Shown one piece after another: positions 1 to 11,612 of a stretch of DNA of 64,000 nucleotides. Position 1 is the first letter of the stretch; the number at the start of each line of letters is the position of its first letter. The translations under genes were made by a program, and so were the position numbers. The DNA is from Eledone cirrhosa (Eukaryota). The notes under the pieces were generated by a model. That model saw only the letters and a program-made list of their open reading frames with translations, was not told where the DNA came from and did not search any database. Location: the NCBI GenBank assembly GCA_964016885.1, contig OZ024752.1, forward strand, positions 17,484,001 through 17,548,000, written 5' to 3'.

Positions 1-199
1 GCTGGGTGGATTTCATGAGCGAGAGGGAAATACAGACCATCCGACGTGAGTGAGATGTGAGCAAGAAGAGAACCCACTACAGGCCAAACGGGAGGAAGTG
101 AAAAGGGGAGAAACAGAGAGTGAGTGAGTGGAAGTGCGAGGAAGAGGCCAGTCGAGAGAAAGTGTAACTGACAGAGGGAGCGAAAGAAGGTGAGAGAAA

Positions 200-234
200 C
201 ATATATATATATATATATATACATATATACATGT

Positions 235-327
<93 letters not shown>
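200..327. repeat. (TA)n microsatellite, representative of dozens in the window
   Basis: Directly visible; source of spurious YIYI ORFs. Confidence 0.97.
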
Positions 328-330
<3 letters not shown>

Positions 331-972
331 CAATATATAGAGGAGATAACACGAGAGAGTTTGTTTTCAATTACAGGGGTATAAGGCAACGAGAGTGAAA
401 AATAAAAAAAAACATAATTAAAGAGATAAATTAAAATGTATAAACCCACCTTTATAACTATAAAACACCTGGACAGACTCAGAGAGAATGCATTACCATA
501 AACTGTGTAAGAATCATAACGACTCAGGGTTCGTCAGCAGGTTTAAATAAGGTACGTCTCCCATTTCTAAATAGACATTAGATAATTAACGTGTTGTACG
601 TGTAGGGAGAAGGAAAATACGCGCGCCAGACAGTACATAGTGGCTCCTATGGATAAATAAACTGCCTGAAATGGCAGCTTATAACCATTCAACTGAAAAG
701 GCGCAACAGAGAAATTAGTAAGGAGCTGAAATATCAAATGAAGCAACGGAGTTAGAGACTCGCGTGTATCCCTGTAATTAAATGAGCTGAAGGAATAAGT
801 ACCGGGCTCTTCATAATACAGTATAGACAGGAGAAAACAGAAAAGAGTATGTTTTCAATTACAGCGCGATTCTTTAACTCTGTTGTTTCATTTGATATAT
901 ATATATATATATATATATATCAAATGAGTGCTCACCCGGGTGAACCTGCAGTAACTCCTAGTTACACCCACT

Positions 973-1028
<56 letters not shown>

Positions 1029-1031
<3 letters not shown>

Positions 1032-1661
1032 CCCAGAAAAACATGGGACGAGCTGATAAATTCCGACCTCACACGCTTACACCTCTCCAAGACAATGTCA
1101 CTGGACCGAGACCTTTGGCGGTACTCAGTAATAGAGAAGACCCGCCTTACCTAAATACAAAGTAAAAACCTACTACAGTCAGTAGGCATCTCTATCAAAA
1201 CACACCCCCGTCCCACCACCTCCACCCCACCCACACCGCCCCTTTCAATGTAAAGTTATGTTGGTCCCACAACATCCAGGCCGAAACAAATGAGATCGTG
1301 TAGGTGTCACGACAAAAACACACAGTCCACGCTGTAAATGTGGCCGTGTAGGCAACACGGTAAAAACCTCCCAGCCCCACACTGTAAATGTGGTTGGTGT
1401 TAGGAAGGGCATCCAGCTGTAGAAAACCCGCCAGACAGTCCACGCTGTAATGTGGCCGTGTAGGCAACACGGTAAAAACCTCCCAGCCCCACACTGTAAA
1501 TGTGGTTGGTGTTAGGAAGGGCATCCAACTGTAGAAAACCCGCCAGACAGTCCTATGCGAGCAAGACAACCACTCTTGCCTCAAGTGGGAAAACCCCCGT
1601 CCAAACCCATGCAAGCGTGGAACACGGACGCTAAACCTGATGATGATGATGATGATGATGA
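1029..1661 (+). mobile_element. 3' end of an RTE-type LINE (ORF C-terminus, 3' UTR, (GAT)n tail)
   Basis: Translates as RPRKTWDELINSDL...DRDLWR...TRLT*, the typical RTE C-terminal RP.KTW...DR..WR pattern; the UTR has GTTAGGAAGGGCATCCAGCTGTAGAAA and ends in (GAT)n at ~1639-1662. Confidence 0.75.
1324..1552 (+). repeat. ~113-bp tandem duplication inside the RTE 3' UTR
   Basis: AGTCCACGCTGTAA... begins at 1324 and again at 1437; copies nearly identical. Confidence 0.9.
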
Positions 1662-1802
1662 TATACAATGCAAACACCAAAACCAACCACTAGCACAACC
1701 CGAAACAACACCGCACAGACAACACATCACAACAACCAACTACATGCTAACTCCAAACAGAATCTGACCAACCGGCAATAAAACAACAACCCCATAACTC
1801 CC

Positions 1803-2252
1803 AGCTGTAACCGCAAAAAGCGGGGGGAATGCCCACTGAGCGGGAAGTGCCTCGTTTAATACATTATATACCAGTACGATGTCACAGCCGGCCGGAAGGA
1901 ATACACCTATATAGGCGCGACCTCGACTAAATTTAAAGAGCGTTTGTACAACCACAAAAGCTCTTTCAACCACAGACCTAAGTGTTCCCAAACCAGTCGG
2001 GCCGATTTAATCTGGAACCTCAAAGATAGGAATCTGAAATACCAGATCAAAAGGTCCGTTTGGAGACGCATGGCCCAACTTTCCAGCAGAGGAAGCCACT
2101 GCAGGTTGTGCCTGGCAGAATCGGTAGAAATCATTAAATTAAAATCGGTCATTAATTTGAGATCGGAAATCCTCATAAACTGCAGACACACCGAAAAGCA
2201 TAATTCTCTGCCATGGTATATGGGCAGTAACCACAGACCGACCAAAACTTAA
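1803..2252 (+). mobile_element. Penelope-like element GIY-YIG endonuclease relic
   Basis: CPLSGKCLV*YIIYQYDV...YTYIGATSTKFKERLYNHKSSF...CRLCLAES...NLRSEILINCRH; contains a stop and a frameshift. Confidence 0.88.
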
Positions 2253-2715
2253 CCACCTGAAATTAGACAACGATAGACACAACATCCTAGTAACTGCTAA
2301 CTTTATCATCGTCTCCATTACTACTGTTACGTTCATTACAATTGATGTTCTTGTTAATATTACATTGCATCATTTATCATGTCCCTCATCACTAAACATA
2401 TCACCGTATATCCACAACTCTCAACCACACTAACACATACCACATACCCTTAAGGCACACACAAACCAGCAGCGCCATGCACATCACCCCAATTGATTTC
2501 ATCACTTCCATTTGTATTACCAATTTCATCACCGTTATTTAACATTACAGGGGCGGTGGATTGGCAGGTTCTTTCTATTTCAAGGTTAACGCTTGAAATA
2601 GAAGGAACATGGTCTTATCGTTTCGGTCGCTTGTCCTTCATCAAAAGAAAGTATGTTAAATAAGATAAATTGAAGGGTGAATGCAGCGATTCTTTGCATA
2701 AACTTTAATCTGTTA

Positions 2716-2788
<73 letters not shown>

Positions 2789-2818
2789 AGATCAAAAGAT
2801 GGTTAAAAGAGTTCCAAG

Positions 2819-2889
2819 TATTTTATTATGCGCATTTCAAAAACAAATATCATCATGGGATGATATCTGCGTTCTCATCAGATAAAATA
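2819..2889 (-). ncRNA. Type I hammerhead ribozyme (PLE-type, palindromic stem III)
   Basis: Minus strand: TATTTTAT-CTGATGA-[GAACGCAGATATCATC ccat GATGATATTTGTTTTT]-GAAA-TGCGCA-TA-ATAAAATA; stems I and II pair; stem III is ATGCGCAT. Confidence 0.8.
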
Positions 2890-3065
2890 GGGAGACATGA
2901 GCTGAAGCTTAAAAAACACTTGTGAGCAGCGAGGTTTTAAATCAACATATCTTATATTAGTTATACCCCAGTCCTAGAGTGCTACTTATCCGATATTTGC
3001 ATTGCTTTATTGTGCTACAATAAAATTCACCTCCTACACACACACACACATATATATATATATAT

Positions 3066-3430
3066 TTCGTTTTCTGGATTTGTTTAGCAAGATTCTTTAT
3101 CTGAAAACGTGTGTTGAAACCGATATTGTTATACTTTGGGAGGGTCATGTTGCCAATAAGAAACACACGTACCAGTTGCTTTCACTCCAATTTATTATAA
3201 ATCAAGAAATTTTTTCAAAAAAAAAAAAAAGAATTTATGTAAAAGAATTTATTTTTAATTTTTTTTTTTTTAAATTTATAAATTTCCGGTTGGTTGGTTC
3301 CACAACCGGATGGTTGTTCATATATTGTCAAAGTTATTTCGTCACACATTGTGTGACCTCTTCAGTGACTGGCGATTTCTTTCTTTGTTTTGTGCCAGTC
3401 CTTTGTTCCGTCCTACGCCATCTTGTTTTT
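3066..3430 (-). mobile_element. Non-coding repeat carrying an HHR at 3327-3369; homologous to 53556-53860 and 54139-54381
   Basis: Shared sequence TTTCGTTTCTGAATTTGTTTAGCAAG...GGGAGGGTCATGTTGCC; minus-strand GTCA-CTGAAGA-G-GTCACAC aat GTGTGAC-GAAA...TGAC. Confidence 0.75.
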
Positions 3431-3513
3431 GTATATATAGTAATAATAATAAATTTGAATAATTCTTTGCTTAAACTTTAATCTGTTATTTTAATAAATA
3501 AATAAATAAATAA

Positions 3514-3551
<38 letters not shown>

Positions 3552-3562
3552 ATATATTTATA

Positions 3563-3610
<48 letters not shown>

Positions 3611-4072
3611 TAACAGATTAAAGTTTAAGCAAAGCCGCAATTCTTTGCTTAAACTTAATGTGTTATTTTAAATATTTGCTCTAGGGTTCTTATATATTTG
3701 ATATATATTTATGCTTATCGAGCCCTCTTTGGAGTTTAGTCTTCTCATTTATTATTATTACTATATATATATATATATACTATAAAGCATGTCCATAGAA
3801 TCATTCGATAATATATATACACCATTTCCTCTCCCAATTAACATAATCAACCACACAAAAAAACAATTAAACCAGGCTATAAGATTAAAAGCACCTATGA
3901 AGAAATTGTAGATAGATAAACGACAGCCATCTATTAGCGATCAACCGCTATAGAATATTTACCCAACATTTCAATAGCACGTGGAAATCGATTAAATATA
4001 CCTTCAACCATACACAATTAGGTATAAAATTAAAGTTAGAAGAAAAAATGCATATACACATACCAGGATTAC

Positions 4073-4153
4073 GTTTCTACCCTTAGGGTTTCGTTCGCTT
4101 TCGGAAATATCCTATCAAGGATAAATTCTCGAGCTTCGAACTCATCAGGAAAC
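4073..4153 (-). ncRNA. Type I hammerhead ribozyme with canonical core
   Basis: Minus strand: GTTTC-CTGATGA-GTTCG[39 nt]CGAAC-GAAA-CCC taa GGG-TA-GAAAC; all three stems pair; lies in repeat 3780-4370, homologous to 62965-63540. Confidence 0.88.
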
Positions 4154-5080
4154 AAACTCACTTGGACAAAGATTTTTCTTAAATGATCCCCGCCAGAAAC
4201 GAATTCAAAATGGCTAAGAACTGTGACGTGGCAGTGGTCAAGTCAGAAAGAATGTGATTGGTGCCTTACGACGAGTGGGCTAGTTGCTAGAAAGCGCAGC
4301 CCAATATTGCCCAAATTGCATCTCAACCTTATGGGAGATTATCAAATATAAAGATTTACATATACACAAACTATATATATATATGTGTGTGTGTATATAT
4401 GTGTAGATATGTGTATGTGCGTGTGTATATGTAAGTGTATGTATGTGTGAGTGTGTGTATGTGTGTGTATGTATATGTATGTGGGCTGTAATTATCTTTA
4501 CATGTAGGGAAGTGAATATGTGACCAAGCATGTCGCTCCACCCACACATCCCCTCCCAAACCAATATCACCATCGTACATTTCTGACAAATATTCCCAAA
4601 CTATCCTGAATTTTCTCTTTGCTGTCATCCCATTCTTATCAAAAGACAAGTATCTTACACCTCATTAAAACCCCCCCCACCACCAGACAAACACCTAAAT
4701 TCATCTTTAATATAGAAAATTGTAGAAGTTATTCTTCATAAATTTAAGGTAGTTGATTCAGCTATAAGAAAAGAATTTGAAAAACATCCTGCCATTATAT
4801 TCATCACAGGTCATTTATTGAAATGTAACCCGCAGGAGGAGACTTTTACAGTCCCTTTCCTAAACAGTCTTTAAACAACCCAACACCACTCCCAATTATC
4901 TTGCTGTTACCATTCACTATTTTCTGTATATGTATCTGTTAGACACGCAGTGACTAACAACAGAATGTTTTAAGTCTGCATGTTGTATGAAAATATATGC
5001 GTAGTTTGTGAATAAAAGATTCAAGGGGTATTGCTGGCCGTGGCGATTCCTTCCAAACATGTTTTGTAATGTATCGTCTT

Positions 5081-5237
5081 ATTGGCTAATTTCATCGTCT
5101 TATTGGCTAATCAACCAATGAGAGTAATTGTTGCTCAAAAGCGTTTTGTTTGCACGTTTATTTATCGTTTCGCTTTCGAATCTTCCTCATGTATTTTGTC
5201 GTTTTATCATCAAAATATTTTTCTCGTTTTGGTAAGT
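5081..5237 (+). promoter_or_regulatory. Possible CCAAT-box promoter with a short first exon and 5' splice donor
   Basis: ATTGG at 5081 and 5102, CCAAT at 5115, locally CpG-containing, then TTG|GTAAGT at 5232 and very AT-rich intron-like sequence. Confidence 0.3.
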
Positions 5238-5641
5238 TATATTGTTAATTTATATATGAATTTTTAAATTTATATTAACTATTTTTTTTCAGTTCGTTAT
5301 AACATGCTTAGAATATTGGTTGTATCATATTTACTTGTATATATGTCCATATTATTGTTCGTTTTATGTTAGATTATTTTATTATTATTATGTTAGATTA
5401 TTTTTTTATTATTATGTTAGACTATTTGTATGTAATATTTAATTTTTATTAATTCAACTATAACAATTATTATGTAAAATATATTTATTTAATATTGATT
5501 GTTTTTTGTAGTTGTTTATATTAAAAGTCTCAAAATATTTTTATACATCTTACAATAATATTTATAAGATCATTTATAAAATAACAATTATATAAACTAA
5601 TTACATTACAACAATAATTTATTATTAATATATATCATTAA

Positions 5642-5830
5642 GGGCGGTGAATTGGCAGTATCGGTAGAGGGTTGGACGCCATGCTTTCTAGCATAGTTAC
5701 GTCCCTTTACGGTTTGAGTTCAAATCCCGCTGAGGTTAACTTTGCCTTTCATCCTTACGGGGTCGATAAAATAAAGTACCAGTAATGTACTGGTAATTTG
5801 CTGGCCTTGTGCCTAAAGTAGAAACAATTA
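5642..5830 (+). mobile_element. tRNA-derived SINE, full length
   Basis: A-box-like TGGCAGTATCGG, B-box GTTCAAATCC, central GCCTTTCATCCTTACGGGGTCGATAAAATAAAGTACCAG; flanking duplication ATTATTAATATATATCAT at 5621 and 5827. Confidence 0.9.
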
Positions 5831-6164
5831 TTAATATATATCATGTTTAACTAGAATTATTACAAGCGTTGCCTTAAAAAGATATTAAACTAGACCTGAA
5901 AAATGCGCAAGCTCAAAAGAGCCACAACATGTTATAATAAAATTTCAAAAGTGTGGGACTAGAGCTGTTGCTCAAAAATATTGTAATCATTATCTATCGT
6001 ACACTCTGTGGCATCCTTTTATAAAAAAAGAGACTCATAACGAACTCAAGATGACACGATAATTATTTAAGTGAATTTATAATATAGAATTCGGTTTAAG
6101 TGCATTTCGTATTAATCATTACTAAACATCTAATATGAGATATTGAACATTAGCTTAAATAATT

Positions 6165-7828
6165 ATCGTGTCGTTGTGAGGCGGCGAGATGTACAGGATC
6201 TGTGCAGTGTTCGTGTGATGCGTGGGGCAGAGTGTTGGACCGACCATCGTCTGGTGAGAGCAAGAGCAAGATGTGTAGTTCGTAAAAGGGAGAAACGGCG
6301 AGGGGTATCACTTCCGAAACGGCTGAACGTTGCCCGTCTGAAGGATCCTGAAGTCAGAGAAAATCTGGTTAAAAAGATGAATGCGTTAGAGTGCGGAAAT
6401 GACTGGACTTCCTTTAAGGAGGCAGTTTATGGGGCATGTGCTGATGTTGTTGGATTCACGGATAAGAAGCATCAGGGTTGGTTTGACCAAAATGACAAGC
6501 TTATAGACAAGCTTTTGGAGGAGAAATATATGCTCCACTCCGCATTGCTTGGTAGTGATTTAAGTACCGATCGGCAGAAGGCAATCGCTGATAAGCTGAA
6601 GCTCGTAAAAGCTGATGTGCAACGAAAATTGCGTGAAATGAAGAATAAATGGTGGAATGACAAAGCCGATGAAATACAACTTGCGTCGGATGTGAAGGAC
6701 GTTAAGGCAATGTATAATCTTCTTCGTGAAGTGTATGGACCACCTACATCACCAGTTGCGCCTCTTAGGACAAAGGATGGCAATCAGCTCCTTAGAGATC
6801 CCAATGATATCCTGTTGAGATGGCGGGAACACTTTGACGAGCTTCTCAATAGGGATTCAGAGGTTGACGAAGAGTTTATCAGGTCCATACCTGATAAGCC
6901 AGTAAAGGAAATCCTTGCTGAGCCTCCAACGATCGAGGAGGTTAAAAGTTCTGTCAGGAAACTCAACGGTGGGAAGTCGTCCGGATTGGATGGGCTGTAT
7001 GCTGAGATCTTGAAGCACGGTGGAGAGAATCTCTTGCACCGACTTCATTCTTTGGTTCTGGATGCCTGGAACAACAATCATGTTCCCAATGACTGGAAGG
7101 ATGCTGTGATGGTTGTTTTGTACAAGGGAAAGGGAGACAGGGATAACTGCGGAAACTATCGTGGAATATCACTGTTGTATGTTGTCGGCAAAGTAGTTCT
7201 CTGTAGAATTCTGTTGGGCTGTTTGTTGCTCCACATTGCTGATGAAACTCTACCAGAGTCGCAGTCGGGCTTTTGGGCTGGGCGTGGCACTGTGGACATG
7301 ATCTTTACAGCCAGACAACTGCAGGAAAAGTGTGTTGAGCAAAATATGGATCTCTACCAGGTGTTTGTTGGTCTGACAAAGGCGTTTGACACGGTCAACA
7401 GAAAGGCTTTATGGGATATCTTGAGGAAGCTGGGGTGCCCTGAGAATTTTTTTTTCCATTTTGCGTTTGTTTCATGATGACATGAAGGCATAGGTAAATG
7501 TTGGTGGAAAGTTCTCTGAGCCGGTGACGGTCGAGAATGGAGTCAAACAGGGTGACATTCCAGCTCCAACGCTCTTTGCTTTTTACTTCTCCATTGTCTT
7601 CGAACAGGCCTTCGGGAACTGCAATCATGGTATATATGTTCGCTATCGATCAACTGTAAAGCTGTTTAATACCAGGAGGTTCAATGCTAAGTCAAAGGTT
7701 CACTTGTCTCTAATCAGGGATTTGCTTTATGCAGATGACTGTGACCTGGTAGCGCACACTGAGATTGATATGCAGCATCTCATGGATGCATTTTCTAATG
7801 CGTGTACTGCATTGGGACTTACCATAAG
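6165..7828 (+). mobile_element. RTE-clade (BovB-like) LINE fragment: end of the APE endonuclease plus RT domains 0-5
   Basis: CWTDHRLV, SSGLDGLYAE, GNYRGISLL, ESQSGF, LTKAFDTV, GVKQGD, LLYADD; frameshift at the poly-T near 7447 and an in-frame stop; truncated at both ends. Confidence 0.95.
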
Positions 7829-8097
7829 GTTTTACCAATAGAGAGAGAGTCGGTTTCTAACATAGACACAAGGCTCTCTCATTGGAATTTTCACAACATC
7901 AACTAGGTAGATATGTATGCATGCATGCGTAGATATGGATGTTATTGTATGTGTGGATGTGTATGTTTTGAGTTGTATGTGTGCATGTGTATATGCTTTT
8001 TATCTGTACATGTGTATAAGCAGTTATTAGATGCAAAATATTTGGAATGTTTTACATATTCTTTACTGTTCTATTAATGGATTGTACTTGTAGTTTC

Positions 8098-8430
8098 CTA
8101 ACTAGTTGTTCTTTCTGTTCCTGTGAAGCCTAGCTTCTCAAGATTTGTATTGAGGCAGTTACTAACATATGCCAGTGCTCCAATAATCACAGGCATAAAT
8201 CTGAAGGTGTAATCAGGGTGGAGTATCTGCAGATTTCTCATCAGTTCTGCATAAATATTCTCCTTTTCACTAATCTTTGATATTATATTGGCATCTGCTA
8301 GGCAGCTAATTTCCACTACTGTGTATGTTTTCTTTTCCCTTTCCCATATCATAATATCTAGTCTGTTATGCCTGCATTTTATTGGGGTTTTTACTGGAAC
8401 ATTCCACCAGTACTCTTTCATATTATGTAC
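8098..8430 (-). mobile_element. RLE-type (R4/Dong-like) non-LTR retrotransposon, endonuclease C-terminal fragment
   Basis: EYWWNVPVKT...HNRLDIMIW...VVEISC...EKENIYAEL...PVIIGAL matches the PD..D/E restriction-like endonuclease layout. Confidence 0.8.
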
Positions 8431-8624
8431 ATATGTCTTCCACATTGCTGTAGCTTTTAATGTGTTTATTATCGGGGCTATCTTTTTACGAACTGCATTG
8501 TATGTATGTATGTGTGTATGTAAGCATGTATTCATGTGTGGTGCAAGTTGTAGGTACTGAACTATCGAAGATATACCCCAAATATAGATATTGTTCAGGT
8601 GTTTTGCAACCTTTATTCATATAA

Positions 8625-9857
8625 CTAAAGACGAATCCATTGTGGCAGAAAATAATCATTATAGTCAGCACTGTACGCATTTCGAAGTCCGGATTTTTCT
8701 TTAGCTGGTGGGAAAAAGTAAGTAACTTTTCCTTTACATAAGAATCCAGCCCACCAGCTGAAACTACCTACAGAAGAAATCAAATGATCACTGCTAGATA
8801 GAATAGCCATATCTTCTATTGCTGAGTTACCTTTTACAAAATAAGTACTATTGTCAAATATATTTTTTTTACACCATGGTATACCATTAGAACAAACAAT
8901 AAATATCACATTTTTATAATGAGATCGAAACCATTCTTTTGCCTTTATGAAATATTCCTTTGTAGCCACGTTATATCCATGACTGTGGTTAACCATATCA
9001 CCACGTCGTACATGGATTCCCACCAACGTCCAGTTCTTTATTGATGTATTTATAGAAATGTTTTCATGAGTTTTAACAAAGTTCTTTAGAATTCTAACAG
9101 CTTTCTGTTTAATGTTCTTTTTAAAAGTGAACTGGGAACGGATTTCGTCGAATATGTGTTCAAAATACTTGTAAGACTGTAAATATGTTCCAATAATAAT
9201 ATTGTTATTATTACTAATATTAAAGAAACTAGGATCAAAAGAACTGGCATGGTGTTCATATTTTCTTTTAGCCTTATTGCAAGAAGATTTATTTTTCTCA
9301 AAACCGTATATATTAAATATTTTTTGTAAATTTATGTCATCATTACGAATAGTCACATTCATATTTTTTAGTCTTGCTAAACCTAAACCCGTTGCAAAAA
9401 TAAACATTTGATTACCCAACCTTCCAATTAAATTGATGCACACGTATTTTTGTGTAGTTCTTTGTCTTTCCAAACTTGTAGTGTTATGGTAGGTAGGTGG
9501 TTGAGTGCTTGTTCGTGTTTCCAAACTTGTAGTGTTATGGTAGGTAGGTGGTTGAGTGCTTGTTGTTCGTGTTTCCAAACTTGTTGTGTTATGGTAGGTA
9601 GGTGGTTGAGTGCTTGTTCGTGTTTCCAAACTTGTAGTGTTATGGTAGGTAGGTGAGTGAGTAGATGTTATATGTTTCTTCAATATGGTTATCTTAAGAA
9701 GAGTAGACGGTGTGGTGAACATTTCCGATTTGCTATTTCTTATAAAATTGAATGATGACTTGAAATTAAGTATTCTTTGTTGAAATCCGGTGAAGGGAAT
9801 TGCCTTATAGACAAAATATAGGGAAACGGAAGCCAAGACACAAAGACATATAAACAT
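8625..9857 (-). CDS. Galactoside alpha-1,2-fucosyltransferase (GT11, FUT1/FUT2-like), type II Golgi membrane protein; single large coding exon
   Basis: Intact ORF with N-terminal hydrophobic anchor (MFICLCVLASVSLYFVY), stem, and GT11 motifs GRLGNQMF, VGIHVRRGD, EDMAILS..DHLI.SVGSFSWWAGFL; splice acceptor TTTTATTTTACAG just upstream (exon starts at 9865); AATAAA at 8617-8612. Confidence 0.93.
   Translation of the reverse strand: MFICLCVLASVSLYFVYKAIPFTGFQQRILNFKSSFNFIRNSKSEMFTTPSTLLKITILKKHITSTHSPTYHNTTSLETRTSTQPPTYHNTTSLETRTTSTQPPTYHNTTSLETRTSTQPPTYHNTTSLERQRTTQKYVCINLIGRLGNQMFIFATGLGLARLKNMNVTIRNDDINLQKIFNIYGFEKNKSSCNKAKRKYEHHASSFDPSFFNISNNNNIIIGTYLQSYKYFEHIFDEIRSQFTFKKNIKQKAVRILKNFVKTHENISINTSIKNWTLVGIHVRRGDMVNHSHGYNVATKEYFIKAKEWFRSHYKNVIFIVCSNGIPWCKKNIFDNSTYFVKGNSAIEDMAILSSSDHLISSVGSFSWWAGFLCKGKVTYFFPPAKEKSGLRNAYSADYNDYFLPQWIRL
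9467..9665 (-). repeat. Coding minisatellite: 4 x 51-54 bp encoding STQPPTYHNTTSLETRT
   Basis: Directly visible, in frame in the fucosyltransferase stem. Confidence 0.95.
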
Positions 9858-10039
9858 CCGTTTACCTGTAAAATAAAAATAGAAACGATATAATGTAATA
9901 ATAATTTTAAATGTAATAAGTAACGTTGTTATCAAAACATTTAGCGGGGGTACATAAGGAATTATGTTGACCTAGATCTACAATGAAACTTCCCCTTACC
10001 TACTTTCCAATATTATGACCAAACATTATTTTTACAATT

Positions 10040-10165
10040 AGCTTTGCTTTTCACCCTTATGGGGTCGATAAAAATAAAGTACAATGTAACACCCTGGTGT
10101 CGATTTAATCGACTTTCCCCTCCCCCAAAATTGGTGTCCTTGTGCCAAAATCTGAAATCATTATT
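10040..10165 (+). mobile_element. SINE, 5'-truncated and diverged
   Basis: GCTTTGCTTTTCACCCTTATGGGGTCGATAAAA...CCTTGTGCCAAAA. Confidence 0.75.
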
Positions 10166-10254
10166 TTTACAATTTTGATCATTAACTCAGAATGAGTAGG
10201 CCAGAAAACAGGTTGGTTTTATCGAATCACAAATATATGACCACGTATGAAACA

Positions 10255-10289
<35 letters not shown>

Positions 10290-10428
10290 GCACACACACA
10301 CACACACACACTGTATATACTCGAGTATAATTTTGCACAGCCGACTATGTTATTCGTCACTCTTTCACTACTATATATATATATATATATAACAGAAGAA
10401 ATTAAAAGATGGTTAAAAAAGTTCCATA

Positions 10429-10498
10429 TATTTTATTATGCGCAATTCGAAAACAACATCATCCTGGGACAAAAATTGTGTTCTCATCAGATAAAATA
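10429..10498 (-). ncRNA. Degenerate HHR of the 2819/49777 family, in a foldback (10396-10460 vs 10525-10594)
   Basis: TATTTTAT-CTGATGA...GAAT(mutated)-TGCGCA-TA-ATAAAATA; the inverted partner keeps GAAATGCGCATAATAAAATA. Confidence 0.55.
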
Positions 10499-10904
10499 AG
10501 GTAACATGATATGAGGCCTAAAAATGATGATGTTGTTTTCGAAATGCGCATAATAAAATATATGGAACTTTTTTAACCATCTTTTAATTTCTTCTTTAAT
10601 ATATACTCCAGTTCTACCAACTGTTGAGTGCTACTTATCTGATATATGCATAGTTTTATTGTTCTACAATATTACTCACCTTCTACATATAGGTGTTTCG
10701 AATGCCTGTTTACATATTGTAAGTATTCGTTGGGCTTATGACAGGGCCGGTGAATGCCAGCTCCATGGTTACATTCAGGAAGTTTACCGTCCTTGTGCTA
10801 AGGTCTATCTCTATCCGTACTGCTTAAAAAAATGTCTAATACGTTTCCGCATACGCTCCAACATCTCTTGATTAAGGACGACATGGTAACAGAATATATA
10901 TCAA

Positions 10905-11063
10905 TGGATGCCATGCTTTGACGATAGAATTACGGCCCTTGCTATTCTGAGTTCAAATCCCGCCGAGGTTAACTTTGCCTTTCATCCTTACGGGGTCGAT
11001 AAAATAAAGTACCAGTAATGCACTGGTTAATTGCTGGCCTTGTGCCAAAAGTAGGAACAATTA
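10905..11063 (+). mobile_element. SINE, 5'-truncated
   Basis: B-box GTTCAAATCC, central domain and 3' end match the 5642 copy. Confidence 0.88.
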
Positions 11064-11612
11064 TTAGAGTATATTGTTTGAAGTCTGTCACCCCTAAAAT
11101 TGAACCAACTTTATTATATATAAATAAACCAATCAAATGGTATTTTGCCAAATGATGCTAAGACGAAATAAAACCCATTCTAGATAGGGTCACGACCTTT
11201 TTAAAGGAATGGTTGAAAGGTGTTAAAAATAGAATTACTTATAGAGAAAGGGGATTGTATTAATAGTGGATTGTAGTTGGTGTAGTTAAATTAAAACAAA
11301 TTTTGTATGTTGAGTTGTGTTGAATGGAATTTTTTAGGTGAATATAAATAAAGAGATATGAGATATACGGAAATAACTAGAATAAATATAGATAGGTAAG
11401 TTAATGGTCATAATTAGGAAGGATAGTATATTAAAATTATAATAAGATAATTAAATACAATAATATATTAATATAATATAATGTAATAAAATAGTCAGTA
11501 ACACATGAATCTATTGAAGCTAAAAAATTAAAAGGTTAAAAGATTTTAGGAGAAAGGGATATAATAAAAAGGTTCGTCACATAGAACTATAGTGAGCTGT
11601 TATCTAGAATGT

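Noticed and set aside
2610-2650. HHR-like TTGATGA-AGG..CC-GAAA on the minus strand
   Set aside because: U3-G8 core, 2-bp stem II and broken stem III; at best a decayed copy
5642-5730. tRNA genes at SINE heads and at the PBS (56104-56135)
   Set aside because: A/B boxes without a complete cloverleaf and continuous with the SINE body; the PBS is only a partial antisense match
9467-9665. CRISPR-like regularly spaced repeats
   Set aside because: Contiguous in-frame coding tandem units with no unique spacers, no cas genes, eukaryotic context
9866-9935. N-terminal extension of the fucosyltransferase given by the ORF track
   Set aside because: Starts at TTG and runs through a polypyrimidine tract and AG acceptor; most likely intron
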